A DNA stretch of 58,640 nt from Mycobacteriales bacterium. Its GTDB lineage: Bacteria > Actinomycetota > Actinomycetes > Mycobacteriales > SCTD01. A program made the translations under genes and the position numbers. The notes under the pieces are model-generated. The model did not search any database and was not told where the DNA came from. It worked only from the letters and a program-made list of their open reading frames with translations. The stretch covers positions 1-58,640 of the forward strand of contig JBBSKF010000004.1 of NCBI GenBank assembly GCA_038256525.1, read 5' to 3'. Of the stretch, positions 54,893 to 58,640 are shown one piece after another. Within the stretch, counting starts at the first letter, position 1. The number at the start of each line of letters is the position of its first letter.

Positions 54893-56389
54893 GTGACCTC
54901 GGCGCCCGCCCAACTGGCCTGCCTGCTCGGCCTGCGCTGGCGGCTGCTGCGGGGGGCCGGCCCGCGGGCGGCCCTGGCGGCGACCGCGGTGCTCGTCGGC
55001 TGGCTGGTCTGGCTCGTGCTGAACAGTGGCAGCGTCCTCGATGCGCCGACGCTCGCGACCGCGATCGAGCTCGCCCCGTCGGCCTACCTCGGCTTCGGCG
55101 TGCTCGCCGTCATCGCGCCCCTCACCTCAGGGGGCGGCAACGAGGTCGTCCCGCCGGACCAGCTGGTTGCCTACCCCGTACGCCCCACCACCCACTTCCT
55201 GGGCGGTCTGCTGCTGGCGCCGCTCAACCTGGTCTGGGTGGTCCAGCTCCTGGCGCTGGCCGCGATGACGGCCTACCTCACGCACGACACGAGCCTGCCG
55301 CGCGGGGCGCTGACGACCGTGGCGTACGTCGGCTGCCTCACCGTGCTCGGCCAGGCCGTCGCGTGGCTCGTGGTGGGGCTGCGGCAGACCCGGCGTGGTC
55401 GTCGGGCGGTGTTCGTCACCTGCGCCGCGCTGCTGGCGGCGGCCGTCGTGGCGGTGCAGAGCGGTTCCGGCCCGGCGGTGCTGGCGCTGTCGCCGACGCA
55501 CCCCGTCGTCCAGGCGGTCGGTGCGGAGGACGTGACGCGGTGGGCCGTCACGACAGGGGTGCTGCTGGGGCTGGTCGTCCTCGGGCTGCTGGCGGGCGCG
55601 CGGCTGTGCGGGTGGGCCCTCAGCCGGCCGGGTGACGCGGGCAGCTCCCGGCACCTGCAGCCGGTACGCCGGCGCGCCTCCCGACGCAGCACCCTTCGTG
55701 AGCTGGTGGCGGTCGACCGGGCCAGCGTCTGGCGCGCTCCCGCGCTGCGCCGCGGCGGGCTGGTGCTCGCGGTGATGCCCGGCCTGATCGCCGCGGGTGC
55801 GGCGGTGCCGTGGCAGTCCCTGGTCGTACTGCCCGGGCTGGTCGCGGCCGGCGCCGGCCTGCTGTTCGGGGTGAACGCCTTCTGCCTCGACGGCTCGGGG
55901 GCGCTCTGGCTGGCCTCGCTGCCCTCCGAGCCGCACCTGGTCGCGCGGGCGAAGACCCTGGTGCTCGGCGAGACGGTCCTCGGGGCGGTGACCGTCGCCG
56001 CGGTGGCTGGGTCGCTGCGCTCACCGGGGACTCCTTCTGCTGCGGAGGTGGTCGCCATCATCGCCGCCGGGCTGGCCTGCACCGCCGTCGTGGTGGCGCA
56101 GTGCATGCGGGCATCGGTACGGCGTCCGCACCACGCCCTGCTGGGCGGGGTCCGGGACGCGGTGGCCCCGCCGGGGGCGCTCGCCTTCGCCAGCGTGCGC
56201 CTCGCGATCCCGACCGCCAGCGTGGGTGTCGTGATCGCCTCGGCGGCGGCGACCGGGCTGTGGTGGCTGCCGCTTGCGATCGGGGTGCCTGTCATCCTGG
56301 CGGCCGGGCTGTCCCTGGCTCGGACGCTGCGGCGCTACGACGACCCGGTCGTGCGAGCGCGGGTGGTGGCGGTGGTCGCGGCGGGGTGA
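54893..56389 (+). CDS. Multi-pass membrane protein, ABC-permease-like (paralog of 2464..3975)
   Basis: C-terminal ~500 aa of ORF 54149..56389. Hydrophobic throughout. Start GTG 54893 chosen by alignment with the paralog and is uncertain. Confidence 0.6.
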   Translation: MTSAPAQLACLLGLRWRLLRGAGPRAALAATAVLVGWLVWLVLNSGSVLDAPTLATAIELAPSAYLGFGVLAVIAPLTSGGGNEVVPPDQLVAYPVRPTTHFLGGLLLAPLNLVWVVQLLALAAMTAYLTHDTSLPRGALTTVAYVGCLTVLGQAVAWLVVGLRQTRRGRRAVFVTCAALLAAAVVAVQSGSGPAVLALSPTHPVVQAVGAEDVTRWAVTTGVLLGLVVLGLLAGARLCGWALSRPGDAGSSRHLQPVRRRASRRSTLRELVAVDRASVWRAPALRRGGLVLAVMPGLIAAGAAVPWQSLVVLPGLVAAGAGLLFGVNAFCLDGSGALWLASLPSEPHLVARAKTLVLGETVLGAVTVAAVAGSLRSPGTPSAAEVVAIIAAGLACTAVVVAQCMRASVRRPHHALLGGVRDAVAPPGALAFASVRLAIPTASVGVVIASAAATGLWWLPLAIGVPVILAAGLSLARTLRRYDDPVVRARVVAVVAAG

Positions 56390-57573
56390 GGGGTGTACGT
56401 CGGCGCGATTGACGGAGCCGCGTCGGGCCCGACACGCGGCCGCGGAGGGCGCGCCCCTGGATGCCGGCCCCCGCCGAGGCGGTCGCGAAGAAAGGTCTGG
56501 GCGGGTCGTTCGATCAGCAGGTGAAGTGTGACGGCGACCAGCATGGCCACGCAGACGCCCCACACCGTCGCCGTGACCGTCTGTGCCGTCACCCGGTCGT
56601 AGGCATCCTCCCCCATCACCTCGATGGTGAGCTTGTGGGACAGGTAGAAGGCGTATGAGGCCTCTCCCAGAAAGACCACGGCAGGCGCTGACAACAGCAG
56701 TCCCGCCGGGTCACGCGGGGCCAGGGCCAGGCCGAGGATCAGAGCCGCCGCGGGCACCGCATAGGCGACGTCCCACGACCAGGCAGAGAACAACATCGCG
56801 GGGCGGGTCGCGATGAACGCGATCGAGCAGGCACCACCCCAGATGAGTAACCAACCGCACCGGGCGAGCTCATGATCCCGGAGACGGTCGTACAGCTTGG
56901 CGGCGATGATGCCCAGCAGGAAGTCCCCCACCCGGGTCAGTGGTGACCGATACAGCCACCGATGATCCGAACCGGCTTCGTCCCAGGGGAGCTGGTCGCG
57001 ACCCACGTGGATGAACCACCAGGTGAGCCCCGCCATGACGACGAGGACGGCGACGGTCCCGAGCAGCAGCGAGAACATCGAGCTGTGTCGCGCCAACGCC
57101 AGGATCAGCAGCGGCAGAAGGACATAGAGAAAGGCTTCGACGCCGATGGACCACCCCGGCCCGTTGTACATGTACGCCACGCCCACAGCCGGGTCCCACG
57201 CCTGCAGCGCCAGCAGGTGCTGCATGAGGCGGCCCTGATAGCCGTAGATGGCGACCGCAGCGAGCAGGCACACGAGGTACAGAGGATAGACCCGAGCGAT
57301 CCGCGCGACGGTGTACGACCACAGGTCCTGACGGGACCGAAGCCGGTGCGAGTAGTTCAAGGTGAGCACAAAGCCGGACAGGACGAAGAAGACGGTCACG
57401 CCGTAGTAGCCGGCCTGCATGGCCGTGGCCAGCCAGACCGGAGCTCCGGCTGGCGGCGCGACGTGCGAGAAGTACACAGCCAACGCCGCGAAGACGCGCA
57501 GCCCGGTCAGCGAGGACACATGGCCGGGAGGCCGGGAGGGACGCCGGGTCAGTTGCGGCACGGCTGCACCCAC
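56335..57573 (-). CDS. Acyltransferase family 3 (OafA-like) membrane protein
   Basis: LTGLRVFAALAVYFSHV and GVTVFFVLSGFVLT, with ~10 TM segments. Its 3' end overlaps the permease 3' end by 55 nt. Confidence 0.8.
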   Translation of the reverse strand: MGAAVPQLTRRPSRPPGHVSSLTGLRVFAALAVYFSHVAPPAGAPVWLATAMQAGYYGVTVFFVLSGFVLTLNYSHRLRSRQDLWSYTVARIARVYPLYLVCLLAAVAIYGYQGRLMQHLLALQAWDPAVGVAYMYNGPGWSIGVEAFLYVLLPLLILALARHSSMFSLLLGTVAVLVVMAGLTWWFIHVGRDQLPWDEAGSDHRWLYRSPLTRVGDFLLGIIAAKLYDRLRDHELARCGWLLIWGGACSIAFIATRPAMLFSAWSWDVAYAVPAAALILGLALAPRDPAGLLLSAPAVVFLGEASYAFYLSHKLTIEVMGEDAYDRVTAQTVTATVWGVCVAMLVAVTLHLLIERPAQTFLRDRLGGGRHPGARPPRPRVGPDAAPSIAPTYTPHPAATTATTRARTTGSS

Positions 57574-57769
57574 ACCCCTGACTCCTGATGGCGGACGATG
57601 ACGGGGTCAGGCTAGGTCAGGTCCACGATGTGGTGTGCGAAGCGGCGCGCGGCCGTCCCGGGACGGAGTTCGCTACGGCAGTCGGTCGGTCGGGCGGCGC
57701 AATCGCCAAAGGGTCGGCGGGGAATCGACGGGCGTAGGTGATGCCTCGAGACACGTTTGTCGATCGCTC

Positions 57770-57905
57770 GCACCACGCCCGGCTGAGCGGGGTCCGTGAC
57801 GCGGTGGCCCCGCCGGGGGCGCTCGCGTTCGCCAGCGTGGGTGTCGTGATCGCCTCGGTGGCCGCGACCGGGGTGTGGTGGCGGTCGTCGCGGCGGGGTG
57901 AGGGG
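57770..57905 (+). repeat. Degenerate duplicate of the permease 3' end (copy of 56128..56393 with two internal deletions)
   Basis: Nucleotide alignment by eye. Both copies share gcaccacgccc...gtggccccgccgggggcgctcgc...ggtgtcgtgatcgcctcgg...gcggggtgagggg. The deletions are bounded by gccagcgtg and gtggtgg microrepeats. Confidence 0.75.
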
Positions 57906-58309
57906 CGAGAATCGAGCCCAGGGCAAGGCCTGCTCGTTGTCACGGCTCAGGGACGGTCGCGCGAGCTGGTCCTGTCCGCCGTCGCTGCGCAGCAGGGCCG
58001 CATCGTGGAGGAGGTCCCGCAGACCGAGACCTACCTCATGGAGGTCGTTCCGGAACGGCAGCAGGCAGCCCTGCGCGCGTTCATCGACGCCGGCTCGGAC
58101 GCGATGCCGCTGCCGGGGGGCAACCCGATCGGCACCGGCGAACCGGACAGGCCGAGGTAGCCGGGCGCCAGAGGAGGTCCAGCAATTCTCCACAGGAGGT
58201 ACGAGACGGCTCGCGTTCTCCACAGACCGCCCGAGCCGTCTTGACATTTGACCGCGGCGAGGAATGACGAAAGCATCTGCAGAGAAGCAGAATTGACCCT
58301 GTACGGGGG

Positions 58310-58338
58310 TTGCCAGACCGGTCCTGACCCGGTACTGT
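58310..58338 (+). promoter_or_regulatory. Putative promoter giving a leaderless transcript for the DUF222 gene
   Basis: TTGCCA, 17-nt spacer, TACTGT, then 7 nt to ATG 58346. No RBS is apparent. Confidence 0.3.
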
Positions 58339-58345
58339 CTAGAAC

Positions 58346-58640
58346 ATGAGTTCGAACGCCTGCGAGGCGCTGGTCGCCGCGGTCGACGCCCTCGCCGGCG
58401 TGGCCGTCGACGACCTGTGCGTGTCCGAGTTGCAGGAGCTGACCGCCGTGCTGGCCCCGCAGCTTGGCCGGCTGGCCGGGGTGCAGATCGGCCTGCTCGG
58501 GGAGCTGAACGCTCGCTCCGGCGGTCAGGTGCCGTCCTCGCCCGGTCCGGACGGCAAGCCAGGGCCGGTGATCTCGGTGCGGCACTGGCTGCGGGACCTG
58601 ACCAACATGGGCGGATCCGCCGCCGGCAGCGCTCTGCGAA
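58346..58640 (+). CDS. DUF222-domain (HNH-endonuclease-associated, 13E12-type) protein, 5' partial, runs off the window
   Basis: MSSNACEALVAAVDALAGVAVDDLCVSELQELTAVLAPQLGRLAGVQIGLLGELNARSG, a typical DUF222 N-terminus. No stop before the window end. Confidence 0.6.
   Translation, partial: MSSNACEALVAAVDALAGVAVDDLCVSELQELTAVLAPQLGRLAGVQIGLLGELNARSGGQVPSSPGPDGKPGPVISVRHWLRDLTNMGGSAAGSALR

Noticed and set aside
57738-58160. 140-aa ORF, considered as a real gene.
   Set aside because: Its first third is the degenerate copy of the permease tail read in frame. The remainder has no recognisable motifs, and coding status cannot be supported from sequence alone.

Overview
High-G+C, actinobacterial-type chromosomal window with no rRNA, tRNA or CRISPR that I could recognise. 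All family calls rest on motifs read by eye from the ORF translations. No searches were run, and identities and G+C statements are visual estimates. Four themes: (1) A Tad/Flp type IVc pilus locus is split into three blocks: cpaB-tadZ-tadA-VWA::tadB-tadC (4.4-10.6 kb), two tandem flp pilin genes (14.1-14.6 kb) and tadE/tadG (23.7-26.1 kb). A KaiC/DnaB_C-like ATPase plus a GAF histidine kinase and LuxR response regulator are wedged between the first two blocks. No prepilin peptidase is visible. (2) Glycan-biosynthesis genes are nested inside and flanking the pilus locus. A large polytopic GT-C-like membrane protein lies directly after the pilins, followed by a methyltransferase, a Wzx-like flippase and GT2 enzymes. 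There are three GtrB-like polyprenyl-phosphate GT2 modules, two of them with GtrA partners. A DegT/acetyltransferase-FdtA module predicts a 3-acetamido-3,6-dideoxyhexose. A tightly coupled 12-gene minus-strand operon (40.8-52.6 kb) encodes a CDP-hexose pathway (rfbF, rfbG, rfbH/E1) with an acetolactate-synthase-like ThDP enzyme, suggesting a yersiniose-type branched 3,6-dideoxy sugar. The lead hypothesis is a dedicated glycosylation system for Flp pilins, whose C-termini carry Cys-bracketed Ser/Thr loops. (3) An accessory island of about 11 kb (26.15-37.4 kb) splits this supercluster. It holds an IS630 element, an M28 peptidase, recombination scars (duplicated gene 3' end, perfect 27-bp direct repeats, a 21-bp perfect hairpin), mazEF, two hipA-type kinases (one with a C-terminal extension) and phd/vapC. 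(4) Diverged paralogous multi-pass permease genes sit at both ends of the window, and a third, microhomology-deleted fragment flanks an acyltransferase cassette. Several genes are decayed: Uma2, an ATPase, and a fused membrane/spermidine-synthase-like gene with many frameshifts.
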